A stretch of DNA of 64,000 bases from the NCBI GenBank assembly GCA_009103225.1, contig RHPI01003587.1, positions 186,001 through 250,000 on the forward strand, written 5' to 3'. Shown piece after piece: positions 38,978 through 51,045 of this stretch. A program made the translations under genes and the position numbers. Each line of letters begins with the position of its first letter. Position 1 is the stretch's first letter. The notes beneath the pieces were generated by a model, which had not been told where the DNA came from, did not search any database, and saw nothing but the letters and a program-made list of their open reading frames with translations. The stretch comes from Chlorokybus atmophyticus. Taxonomy: Eukaryota; Plantae; Mesostigma and Chlorokybus algae.

Positions 38978-39743
38978 TGTAACAGCCAAGGCCAATTTCG
39001 TGATTTTCATGGCCATTTTCGGCCTTATTTGTAAGGTACAATGCTTTCATGACTTGTGGCGGATATCGGCGAGTTATGAGTCTGCCGCGGATATCGACCG
39101 GGGCCCAAGACCAGTCTGCAAGACGCCAGAAAACGGAGGGCCAGTCGAGAAGGGCTCGACCAGATTTCTGGAAGGGCCTGGCGCCAAGTAGTATAACTTG
39201 ACCATATGAGCAGCAAATGGGGAGATCTTGGGTGCGTCGGAAAGGTCTAGAAGTGTACTACAAGATTATGCAAGAATATCTTAGCTTCTAGTTCCTTCTA
39301 GCGCTAGAATCGTCTAGACAATAGCATGTGCAGACTGGTAGGTATAAAAATGACATTCTACAATTTGCAATACAACCTTTAGCTCCCTAGTTTCTTGTGT
39401 GCAAGCTTGGTGGTGGTTAGCAGGGGTTGCTAGCGTGTGACCACCGGTGTATGCTCGCTTGTGTGACGATCCAAGGCGCTACACAAGTTGGTGTGTAGCT
39501 TCGAGCGCATGCGCGTGCGCACGTGAGTGGCGGGGCGCGTGTGTGTGCTTGGCAGAGGGGGCAAGGTTCCGGTGTGAATACCGTGTCTTGGTGAGAGGGT
39601 TGTTGATTGGACCAGCTCACTCAGGTAGCAAGGCACGAGCACCGTCACAACTGGTATTGGAGCGCGGTTTACGAAGGTGAGAGAGGAAGTGTGCGAGCGT
39701 GTACACTTTTCTCTCGGAAGCGGAGTGTAGTGTGTTAGTGGAG

Positions 39744-40778
39744 ATGGAGGATGCTCGCATGGAAGAGCTTCAAGCTGCCATCTTAGCATTGAGGGAAGAG
39801 CTTCATCACACTCAAGCGGCGGCACAAGCACAACGCGAGGCGTATGAGCATGCGATGGCGCGCGTACAAGTTCCCATGGCATCAAGCTCGCACGTGCATG
39901 TGAAGGTGCCAAAGCCCAAGCCATTCAAGGGTCAGCGTGATGGAGATGCAGTAGATGAGTGGAATTCTCAAGTATCGTCTTGGTTGAAGCTCATGGAGGT
40001 GCCCACGCATCTGCACGTGGAGGTTGCAGCGACATTGCTCGAAGGTGCAGCACTTGTATGGTGGAGACATCGTTGTACGCGAGTTGCAAGTGGGTTGGTG
40101 CTACCATTGACCACCATGGACGAGTTGGCAATGGAGATCAGGCATCAGTTTGTTCCCGTGGAGAGCGTGAAGGCCGCACGCGACAAAATTGCAGCTCTTA
40201 TGCAAACGGGGTCGGTGACGGCGTACACGGCTATGTTTCAGCGTTTGGTGATGTCCATACCCAACATGACCAAGGAGGAGCTGTTGGACAGGTACACACG
40301 TGGTGTAAAGCCTTTGGGACGCAAAGAAGTCGAGCTACGGGACCCTAAAACGCTGGCGGAAGCTATACGCATCGCGGAGCGCCTCGACGCGTTATACTTC
40401 AAGTCTACGGCGATAAACACTGATTGGAGGCGTGGCAGGCGTGATGATCAGCCTGGCGGACGCTTTCAACATGCATGGACACAAAGAGAACCAAGTTTAC
40501 AACTTGCAAAGGGAGGTGGAGCTGATTCTGGACCATCACCAATGGAGGTGGGTGCGATACATATGCGCAACGGCGTAGCGAAGCACGGTGGACATACAGA
40601 GGCAGGTAGCAGCGTGCGCAAGTGTTACGTGTGTGGTTCAACCGAACATTTGGCATTCAATTGCTCGAAGCGGCGCACGCAAGCGACTACATCAGCTAGC
40701 AACACAAATCGCTCGCGACGCATCAACACAATGGAGGAAGATGGCGTGGAGGATCAGGGAAACGACTTCCCCCAGTAA
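39744..40778 (+). CDS. Gypsy gag with CCHC zinc knuckle
   Basis: PKPKPFKG, AALVWW, QTGSVTAYTAMF, GPSPMEVG, CYVCGSTEHLAFNC. Confidence 0.9.
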   Translation: MEDARMEELQAAILALREELHHTQAAAQAQREAYEHAMARVQVPMASSSHVHVKVPKPKPFKGQRDGDAVDEWNSQVSSWLKLMEVPTHLHVEVAATLLEGAALVWWRHRCTRVASGLVLPLTTMDELAMEIRHQFVPVESVKAARDKIAALMQTGSVTAYTAMFQRLVMSIPNMTKEELLDRYTRGVKPLGRKEVELRDPKTLAEAIRIAERLDALYFKSTAINTDWRRGRRDDQPGGRFQHAWTQREPSLQLAKGGGADSGPSPMEVGAIHMRNGVAKHGGHTEAGSSVRKCYVCGSTEHLAFNCSKRRTQATTSASNTNRSRRINTMEEDGVEDQGNDFPQ

Positions 40779-40831
40779 GTAAGGAGGCTACTGCTTGGGA
40801 TGAGGGGAAGCCTCACACACAAAAGAAGATT

Positions 40832-43800
40832 GTGACATCGCAATCAAGGACGAAAGTGGAAATGGCTATGAACACGCCAATGATGGTGAGCTATGCAAAA
40901 GAGGAGGCAACGAAGTACGTTGGTCTTCGAGCGCGCATTTGCGATGACCGAGGACAATGGAGGGAGTGCAACCTTATGGTTGATAGTGGAGCGAACAGCA
41001 ACTTTATGAGTGAGGAGGTTGCACGGCGCTACGGTTGGCTTTCACCATTACGAGGAGGAGAAGTGAAACTCGCTGATGGTGAACCACCCTCTGGAGGTAC
41101 TGGCACTTCATTTCCAAGCAAGGAGTTGTGTGTCCACATGGGGAAGTTGAAGGAGACTATGCGTTTCTGCTGCATCACCCTACGCAACGGGTTTAATGGG
41201 ATTTTGGACTACCGTGGTTGCGGCAACATAACCCATCTATCAATTGGAGAAAGCGTGTGCTTACCATCAAAGGAAGTGATGGAGAGCCCATTCAAGGTCT
41301 ACGCGCGTGCTCCATCGAAGTGGAAGACCACTCTTGCGACGAAAGCAAGAAGGGCGTTGTCACAGCTACGTCCGATTTCGCCAAGGCAAGTATGAGCATG
41401 TGTATTGAGCACCTAAAAGGGGATACAAGCACCAGAAAGGCACGGCACGCGCAATCAGGTGGGCTTAGCATTGCTCAAGTTTCTTATGTGCAATTGAGGA
41501 AGCTGCTATCCCCACGACAAGCAAAGGCTGCATGGTTGTGCGTGGTGCGCGAGAATGCATTAAAGTCCGCATCGAAGCTGAGCGACCATACTGAGACAGC
41601 TGCGATGGACCCCGAGGTGTGCAAAATTGTCAAGGACTATCAAGATATCATGGTGAACGGACTTCCAGCTGGTCTACCACCCTCACGGAGCGTCGATCAT
41701 CGTGTAGAGCTGATTGAGGGCGTGCACAAGCCACCCTACAGGCCTGTGTACAAATTGTCATCTCTGGAGTTGGAGGAGGCCGAGAAGCACATAGCGGATC
41801 TGCTAAAGAGAGGCTACATCCGACCAAGTAAGTCACCTTACGGTGCACCTATATTGTTCGTTCATAAGAAGAACGGGAGCCTGCGAATGTGCATTGACTA
41901 CCGAGCGCTCGACACGATTACAAAGAAGAATTGCTTCCCATTACCGCAAATTGACGAGTTGCTGGAGCAACTACAAGGTGCGCAGTATTTTACCACACTT
42001 GATCTTGCTGGGGGTTATCACCAGATCCGCATCGCACCTGAGGACGTGGAGAAGACAGCGTTTAACATGCGCTATGGACATTATGAGTGGTTAGTGATGT
42101 CGTTCGGGCTTACGAACGCGCCAGCGACATTTCAGACGTTGATGAATAGCGTTTTTGCGGACCTGATTGGTAAAGGAGTTCTCGTGTACCTCGATGACAA
42201 TTTAGTGAACGCGAAGACAAAGGAGGAGCATGTGAGTCTCGTACGGCGCGTGTTGCAGCGTTTACGCGAGCACAAGTTGTACGCTCAGCTACAGAAGTGC
42301 AAGTTTCTGCTACGCGAGGTGGAATACCTAGGCCACATTGTGTCGCATGAAGGAATCAAGCCGGACCCCAACAAAGTGCAAGTGGTGCGCGAGTGGTCGG
42401 CCCCAACCAATGTGAAGGAGGTAATGTCGTTCTTGGGCCTTGCGGTGTATTATCGCAAGTTATCATGGGATTTTCGCGCATTGCGGCCCCTTTGACCACC
42501 CTACTCAAGAAAGGGAAGCCTTGGAGCTGGTCTACAAAAGAAGAGCATGCATTTGCTGCGTTGAAGAAGGCGTTAACAGAGGCACCCGTCTTGGCTCACC
42601 CCGACATGGACAAACCCTTTATTTTAGCTTGTGACGCATCTGACACGGCTGTGGGAGCTGTGTTACAACAAGACCAAGGCATGGGTCTTCAACCTGTGGC
42701 GTTCTTCAGTAAGAAGCTGAGTGGAGCCGAGCTGAACTATCCTGTTCACGAGAAGGAGCTATTGGCCCAAGTGATGGCGCTACGACAATGGCGATGTTTT
42801 CTTGAGGGCAAAAGGTTCGTGCTAGAGACAGATCATTCCCCATTGAGGTACTTACAGACACAACCACATCTGAGCCGGAGACAAGCGCGGTGGTTAGAAT
42901 TCTTTCAACTCTTTGATTTCGTGATTTAAATACAAGCCCGGTACGTCCAATAGTGTGGCCGACGCGCTGAGCCGGCTTAATGCAATTGGGGCACTTGCTC
43001 AAGTACAGCCCGAGTGGATCGTCCAGATTCGGCAAGTGCTTCGTGAAGACACGGAGGGTATGAAAGTGTTGCAAGAGCTGGAAAATGCAGCTACGGACAC
43101 AAGTGGGCATTGGTCGATGCGCGACGGGCTACTATGGCACCACGGGCGCTTGTACATCCCCAATGTCGCGCATATCCGTGTGAAGTTGCTGAAGGAAGCT
43201 CATGACGTGCCCATTGCTGGTCACCAAGGGTTGGAGAGGACTTTGGCAAGCTTGAAGCAGCGTTTTTACTGGCGAGAGATGCATCGCGATGTGCGCGACT
43301 ACGTGGCGTTGTGCGACGCATGCCAAAGGGTGAAGGCAAGTAACCAAAAGCCAGGTGGGTTGTTGCAACCTCTCCCTGTGCCATTGTCCAAGTGGAAACA
43401 AGTTACTATAAACTTCATTACGGGGCTACCGAAGACGACAGAAGGGCATGACGCGATATTGGTGTTTGTGGATAAAAACAGTAAGATGGTACGCTTGGCA
43501 CCGTGTGATGAGTCTTGCACGGCACCGGAGGCAGCACGCTTGTTCGTGAAGCATGTGTTTCGTTCTTATGGATTTACCACGAAGCATTGTGAGCGATCGC
43601 GACCCGCGCTTCACAAGTAAGTTTTGGGAGGCGCTGCATAGTGCACTGGGTACCACATTGTAGTTTAGCACGGCATTCCACCCGCAAACTGATGGGCAAA
43701 CGGAGCGGGCCAACCGTGTGATTGAGGACATGCTGTGTTGCTACATTAACGCGTGACAAGATAATTGGGCGGAGCTGCTTGAGTTGGTGGAGTTTGCGAT

Positions 43801-44487
43801 CAGCAACCACCAAAATGCAAGCACAGGTGTCACCCCCTTTTTCATGAACTATGGGCAACACCTATTGACACCGTTATCGGCATGGACACCACGACGACGT
43901 GACGTGGATGTGGAGGCAGCTAGTGACTTCCTCACAAAGTGCGCGGACATGAATAAGGCAGTTAGGGAGGCACTATTGGTGGCACAAAACAGGCAGAAGC
44001 AATACGCGGACGCGCATCGCCGACACCTCACGTTTCAGGAAGGCGACATTGTGTTGCTCTCCGCAAAGCATGTACAGGTGCGTACGGGAGTTCGCAAGTT
44101 GAATGACCGCTGGTTGGACCATTCAAGGTCAGCAAAGTCATCTCGGACGTGGCATATAAGCTGGAGCTGCCCGACACCATGCGTGTACACCCCGTTTTCC
44201 ACGTCTCTCTTTTAAAGGCATATCGAGGACAACCGCCACAACGGCCGCCCCCCAAAGTTGGCACGGATGGTGAACCAGAGTGGGAGGTAGAAGACATCCT
44301 TGGTGAGAAGTTTGTGCATGGCGTGCACAAATTCTTAGTGAAATGGAAGGGCTATCCATTGCATGAAGCATCCTGGGAGCCGGAGGCACACTTGGCAAAT
44401 GCTCGAGACGTTGTGCGGGACTACCTTGCTCGACGACAACTTCCCGAGCTTCGAGGACGAAGCTCACCTAGCGGGGGAGGAGTGTAA
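40832..44487 (+). pseudogene. Gypsy pol: protease, RT, RNase H, integrase, chromodomain; frameshifts and stops
   Basis: MVDSGA (PR), RMCIDYR...YLDD (RT), CDASD...TDH (RH), H-H-C-C and integrase core, GPY/F remnant, EWEVEDIL...FLVKWKGY...SWEP (chromo). Distributed over several frames. Confidence 0.92.
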
Positions 44488-45149
44488 CAGCCAAGGCCAA
44501 TTTCGTGATTTTCATGGCCATTTTCGGCCTTATTTGTAAGGTACAATGCTTTAATGACTTGTGGCGGATATCGGCGAGTTATCAGTCTGCCGCGGATATC
44601 GACCGGGGCCCAAGACCAGTCTGCAAGACGCCAGAAAACGGAGGGCCAGTCGAGAAGGGCTCGACCAGATTTCTGGAAGGGCCTGGCACCAAGTAGTGTA
44701 ACTTGACCATATGAGCAGCAAATGGGGAGATCTTGGGTGCGTCGGAAAGGTCTAAAAGTGTACAAGATTATGCAAGAATATCTTAGCTTCTAGTTCCTTC
44801 TAGCGCTAGAATCGTCTAGACAATAGCATGTGCAGACTGGTAGGTATAAAAGTGACATTCTACAATTTGCAATACAGCCTTTACCTCCCTAGTTTTTTGT
44901 GTGCAAGCTTGGTGGTGGTTAGCAGGGGTTGCTAGCGTGTGACCACCGGTGTATGCTTGCTTGTGTGACGATGCAAGACGCTACACAAGTTGGTGTGTAG
45001 CTTCGAGCGCATGCACGTGCGCACGTGAGTGGCGGGGCGCGTGTGTGTGCTTGGCAGAGGGGGCAAGGTTCTGCTGTGAATCTCGTGTCTTGGTGAGAGG
45101 GTTGTTGATTAGACCAGCTCACAGGTAGCAAGGCACGAGCACCGTCACA

Positions 45150-48130
45150 ATGCGCCTGGAGTGTGCCAGGGTGGGGTATGCTTCCACAAGCGCCCAAATA
45201 TCCTTTGCGTGCTTGATTGTGGACGACCTCATACCAGGTGGACCCGTTGAATTTTGTTTTGCAGATTGTAGACAGTATGTTGCCAACTCTATGGCAGAGC
45301 AGCAGGCCTGAACGCTGATCGTCACGCATGACGCCAAATAGTCGCACAAACCATCTCCTGACAGAACGTTTTATGAAGCTGATCTCGTAATCCTTGCAGT
45401 TGGACGGGGTGCTGACATGCAGTTCCACAGCGCGCTCAGAGGCGTAGCACCAGAACACGTCATGGCTGCCGTGTCTACGGATGTTGTCAAGCAGGTGGCA
45501 AGTTCCCGCAATGTGCTCCAAAGTCTTTTTATTGGTGCCACACCAGATTTCGCTGTTGACCTTCCAGTACCTGAGCAATGCATCCGCGAGCTCCAGGCGG
45601 TCTGAATCCCAACCAAAGCGCCGTGAGATGTTAAAGAATAAGCGGAAGATCGTGTGGAGACACATGACAAGATCTCTCCTTTCTTCGCTGAGCAGCTTGT
45701 GCAAAACATAGGGCACACCAAATTGCACGAAGAACAAATGCTCATGCGCCTTCCACCATCCAAGGTGACTGCTGAGGCCGTGTGGCCAGCAATTACCATT
45801 TTTCACCTCTCTTGGTCTTGCATTTTTCATCACAGACAGCCGACTGTCGATGTCAGCCTTGCTGACCTGCTCGTCCCCACCATCCATCAGAGTGCAGGCT
45901 GTCAAGCTCTTGGCCAGTCCTTCGGTTAGCATGTGCATGGTGTCAAAGACCATGTCCTGACATGAGCCAAACTTGTACATCCGCCAAAGCCTCCACAAAG
46001 GCGACAGCCCGTTGACGCCATACTTCTTTGCCTGTTCTTTCTTGCAATTGGGATCTTCTGTGCTTTCAACTTCATCGGCCAGCTGGTTTGTGGCCTCTAC
46101 AATTCTTTTGGCAAATGGATGGCGACTGTGGTAGCGGCTGCTAGCATAGTGGAAGTCGGTCCTGTTGCTCCGAGTTTCTTCAACAACATCGTTGCCAGTG
46201 CTGGGATCTTGAGTGACTTTTGGTGACAAAAGAGTACCAGATATGAGTTGCCAGCAGGCAACAAGCCCTGCAACCGCATAAGCCGCCATTCTTGAATTGC
46301 CCCATCTCGCTTTGGGCTGGAATGTTACCGACAATGTTCATGACCATGGCTCTCAGGAAAATCTTATCACCTGCAAACCATTGGAGGCATCAGGACTCAC
46401 TGCTTTGTGCGCAACAGCGCGCGTACGCGACTATGTGCGGGACACAGCCGCGACTGTTGATTTGAACTGTCGAATAATGGACATGGGCAGGCGCATAAAC
46501 TGCATGTGTAAGCCAATGAAGCAACACACAGACTTTACACACTGACTTGACAGTCGCATGGACAGCTTGCTCAAGCGAACTTATACAAGCATAGCAGTGG
46601 AGTGCATAAGATTGACAGTCGCGGTTGACAGCGCAAAGACAGTCCTGAGCTTAAACAAGCACAACAATGCATTTCATACATATGATCGTCGCAAGCACAG
46701 CTGCGTGCGCGTGGCACTGCTAAACAGATGCATGCGAGCGTACCAGCCAATCAATGAGGGCGCTTGATGTCCACCTGGCTAGAGTCCAAGCCGTAGTGCG
46801 TGGGGAAGCCCATGGCGTACAAATCCTCCAACTCATCCACCATGGGCTTCATGAACGGGTTTAGACAGTCCTTGTCCGCGTCGAGTAGCTCGTCAACTGG
46901 GACAAATACTACTAGCATGACGGAAGACGCCTGTGAGCTGACGCGCTTGCCTCCATTGAGCACAACGACGTTGATGACAAGAGTGCTCCGCTTTGTTGTG
47001 GATGCGCAGCTGAAACCATCACTGTGCAGCATAAGCCCAATGTTGCATGGGTCTCCAGTACACTGCTGCGCAGCCTCTTTATTCTGATAGGAGCACTCGC
47101 AATGCCATTTCTGATAACCATCCCTGTGCTGCGACATGTCAATATCATAATTGTAGCATCCACAGTCGCATTTGTTTGGCAGAGGGATGGTCTTCGTGTA
47201 GTCCCAAAAAGCAGTCAGATTTCTCCACTTGCTGCCATGCCAAGCTTCCCATTAAGGAGCTGGGGGATGGTTTGCTGGCACGTTGAAGCAGGTGTCTTTG
47301 TCTCGCCAAGCAGCAAGGTTGTCATATGCGATCGAAGGAACTTGCAGCCACGGACCGAGTCTTGGACCAATGGGCGTGTACAGAAAATCTATACACTTCT
47401 TGCACGTGCGCCCGCATTCGCCTCCGCACGGCTGTTCCCACAAGCATTTTTTCGGAATCTTGTGGCGACTGTCGTCTTGGCAGCTGTCCTCGCAGTCATC
47501 GTAGCCTAATGGATAGGCATCTGGAAAGAGATAATTGCATTGCGTGCATGCTATATATCTATGCGACTCTGGCATTCCGATGGAAGTCACCAATGCATCG
47601 ACGGCCGTGATGTCAACCGGCTGGGAGGGGTTGCGCTGGCCGAGCAAGGCATGGAGATCATTACGGAGCTGACTGTGGTCGTATGCGGGATCCTTGGCCA
47701 GCTGTACAACGGAGTCTTCGGCATCAAAAACAGTCTTCAGCACGTTGTTAATCAGTGATTGCTGTGCATGAGAGTCCTCCAAGTCTGTCAGCAACGACAT
47801 GAACTTGTTCAGCATTTTTTGCATGGGTGTTTTCGAGGACTGTTGTTGACGAGAAATGCCTGGTTGAGGTGCATCACATTGCGCTGAAGGCATTGGCGGG
47901 GGTTGCATACTTTCTTGCGCTGCCTCGTTCAATCGCATGTGAGCCAATGAAGTCTCCAACTCAACCCACTGCCCAATCGCAACATACGACTGCCAATGTA
48001 GGTAGCATGCAGCTGCCCATGTTTGGCAATGCTGAAAGTGCGCGCATGGTGCAGTGGGCCACGGACAGTCGCAGGCATGCAGCATTTCCAGACATGGGCA
48101 GCTCCAGTACGACAACTGTGCGCGCAACAA
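45150..48130 (-). pseudogene. CACTA/EnSpm (TnpD/Transposase_21-like, Plavaka-like) transposase, 5' and core part
   Basis: CxxC (CTQC), NIGLMLHSDGF, LNPFMKPMVDELEDLYAMG, DMVFDTMHML, WKAHEHLFF, HLLDNIRRHG...WCYASER. A few in-frame stops and at least one intron. Confidence 0.85.
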
Positions 48131-49536
48131 GTTGATTGCTCACCTTGCCGCCGCACCTCAGGCAAGAGCAAATTGTGTAGGACACTTCTTACTGTTCTGG
48201 ATCATCATCATCGCTACTAAGAGGCTCAAACATGTCTGCAATTGGCATGTCAACAGTCGCTGTCGATCCGACTGATGCTGAAGTGGAGCAGTTGCGGCGC
48301 TACTGGAGCTGGGCATGTTGACAGTCGGCTATGGATCAGCCTGATGTACGAGCGGAGCTGTCGCGGTACTGCTGGTGCTGGCAACATCAAAAGTCGGCAG
48401 TCCAGCTGACTGTTCCCTCTCGTGAAGTGTAGCTGCCGCTTCATTGCTGGTGCCGGCCAAATCAACAGTCGGCTGTCCAAGCACGGGATGCCTGAAGCAA
48501 TCTTGCAGTCAGTGACACACCACATGCACTGGCACCATCGGCTGACAGTGGAGATAACAGCAAGGCAGCAAGTGCACTAAGTTCATCGACAGTCTCTTAG
48601 CATGGTGAAGGCTGTTTATGTACAGCATTCCTATTGTTAGTGGCATGCATACTGTCATGTATACTCAATGAAGAGCAGTACGCCAGGTACAACAGCGTGG
48701 TGAACTTACTGCTCATGCTGCTGGCTGATGTCGCTATGCTGCCCGAGCATGGCCGGATCTTCATGGGCGGGCTGAGGGTTGACAGCCTCAATGGGCTGGT
48801 CATCAACCACATGGTGCTGGACGACATCAGCCTGCTCCGGTAAGGGTAGGGAACTCTATTGGCTGCGATGGCGGTTGTTCCTACAAAAGGTGTTCCTTTT
48901 ACTGGCTGGTTGCAAGTTGATTCCCAGCTTAGTACTAATGTCCTTGGCGAAGCGGACAGCCTGTTTACTGGCCATTGGTACAGCTAGATTCTGCCAGCAA
49001 AGACACCGCCAACGAGGCCGCCGCCACCAACCAGAGCGCCGCTCCCTCAGCCACCTTTCTGAGCGCAACCCTATCACGCAGACCATATCGGTAAGAACCC
49101 TATTGTTGGCCCATGCACGTGACTCGACAGTCGCACCATGCACGGTGCGACTGTCAAGTCTTCACTCCATGTAATTACTGGATATGCCGACCGTTCGATA
49201 CGCTTGAATCGACGGTCAAATGAGAGGCTGGGCTATGTCTTGAATCCCAGCGTCCGCGCAATCTCAGCTATGACGTGTATCAGATACGAGAACATGTAAA
49301 ATTTCAAACATCTTATGGCAGTAGGAGGGATGTGCTGGTTAGCCGTGGCAATGCATCCGCTTGTCCAAATGCATGCACTAACGCGGTCAATGAGCACATC
49401 CTCCGCTGCCATAATTTGCAGGTACTTCGTTTTTCATCCGTCGCGCCGGTAGTGGCCAGTAGTGGCCCATGCATGGTGCAACTGCCCAGTCTTCACTCCA
49501 TGTAATTACATAATATGCCAAACCGGAATCATTTTA

Positions 49537-49782
49537 CGTGAGGACCAACCTCGAACCATGCATGGTTCAGCAATCATGGGGTACCGACCATGCATGGTCC
49601 CTACCCGTGGATAATGGGATTAGGAAGAGCCTGGTTGGGTTAAAGACCGGAATCGTTTACGTGAGGACCAACCTCGAACCATGCATGGTTCAGCAATCAT
49701 GGGGTACCGACCATGCATGGTCCCTACCCGCGGATAATCGGATTAGGAAGAGCCTGGTTGGGTTAAAGACCATGAATGGTCC
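49537..49782. repeat. 123-bp tandem duplication in the right subterminal array of copy D
   Basis: cgtgaggaccaacctcgaaccatgcatggttcagc...gggttaaagacc occurs at 49537 and 49660, nearly identical. Confidence 0.9.
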
Positions 49783-51045
49783 GCAATCCTACGAAAATGT
49801 GGACCTGTATGAGCTTTTATGAGCCGCAGACCATGCACGGTGCGTGCTGCTTGTTAAAAGTGACCAATAAGCTCAGCGTGCACCAGCAATGGTCCGCCCA
49901 ATGCTTCCGGTTCAGACCAGCCACTTTGATGTTATCTACCGGAACATATATGGTCCAGCATTTATGTAGTCCGGACCGTGCATGGTCCGGAGACCCATTG
50001 ACAGTCGAACTGGGAGAATGCCTGGTCCGGCTGCGAACCATTCATGGTCCGGACTTTCACGGCAAATCGGACCGGTATACACTGTACACTGTATAGACTG
50101 TATCACCTGATCCGGCCGCGGACCAATCTGGTGCGTAATTGCGCGCCAGGTATCCGGCCCCGAAAGGACCATGGACGGTCCGTCCCCCGGGGACCAGGCA
50201 CTCGTGGTCCTTGGGGGACGGACCATGTATGGCCCGCGGGGTCCGTGGAAGGACCATACATGGCCCGCGAATGTCAAGCCGTGTGATGTCGAGTAACAAC
50301 CTTGCTGCCACCAGACATTGACAGCATGCACCGTTGCGACTGCGTTGTGGTGGTTGACGCCGTTGTCTGGTAGATCGTCTTTAGGTGGCGGCGGAGGCTG
50401 AGAGTGTTGTGTGCGAAACCCATTGGCGCTGGCCACAAGCGGAAGCACCCTGTGAGCCATGAAGAAGGTGGGATTGTTGGCACGCTAAATGATGCATGTG
50501 CATGATGATATGACCGCTGTGCCCACAATAGAGCCGGGTTTGCCCCATGCAATGAATCCATTATCACACCAAGTATCTGTTGTCTTTAAGCAGAATGCAA
50601 GCAGAATGCATGCATGTGCTGATGTCAGTGTTTTATAACGGTTATGCTTCGAATGGTGTCATGCATGTCATGCGTGACCATGTGAACTGCATGCATGCAA
50701 AGATGTCGCATATGTGTTGGTTGACTGATGTCGTGCATGCGAGCGGCAGACATCAAGGCCGCATCAAGTTTACCAGAGCTATGTGTGATAATTGTGATTG
50801 CGCCGCGATTTGTGTTGTTCACAGCGTGTACACTGCCGAAGTTCAATGTGTGTGCGCTGTGTGCGTGTTGTTTCCCAAGGCGTCTCGCATGCAGGTTTGG
50901 GCCTTCCCCTTCCCTCCATAGGAGGGCGATGCTGCTGTTGTTGTGGATGCCGTGGAGCTGCGTGGTATTCCACGCGGTATGCTTTGCTAGTAAATTCATG
51001 AAAGAGGTGCAGCTTGGCCTGCTCTAGGATTGCTACTGTTCCGCC

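Larger units (their letters stand above)
38978..45149 (+). mobile_element. Ty3/gypsy chromovirus LTR retrotransposon (6172 bp), decayed
   Basis: LTRs TGTAAC...TCACA at 38978-39649 and 44483-45149; PBS-like TGGTATTGGAGC at ~39652; polypurine tract before 44483; 5-bp flanks ATGCA/ATGCG. Confidence 0.95.
28518..50285 (+). mobile_element. Large transposase-bearing CACTA/EnSpm-like element, copy D (21,768 bp; ~15.6 kb without the nested gypsy), TSD ATG
   Basis: atg|cacacggattaacgttcaaggacc ... gaatgtcaagccgtgtg|atg. Subterminal palindromic arrays at 28518-29100 and ~49100-50285 are homologous to copies A-C. The flanking frame (GCYSTS|DTRPL) rejoins when the element is removed. Confidence 0.88.

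Noticed and set aside
44919-45149. C-terminal part of the 471-aa ORF 44919-46334
   Set aside because: It is read-through into the antisense gypsy LTR; the real transposase continues at 38977.
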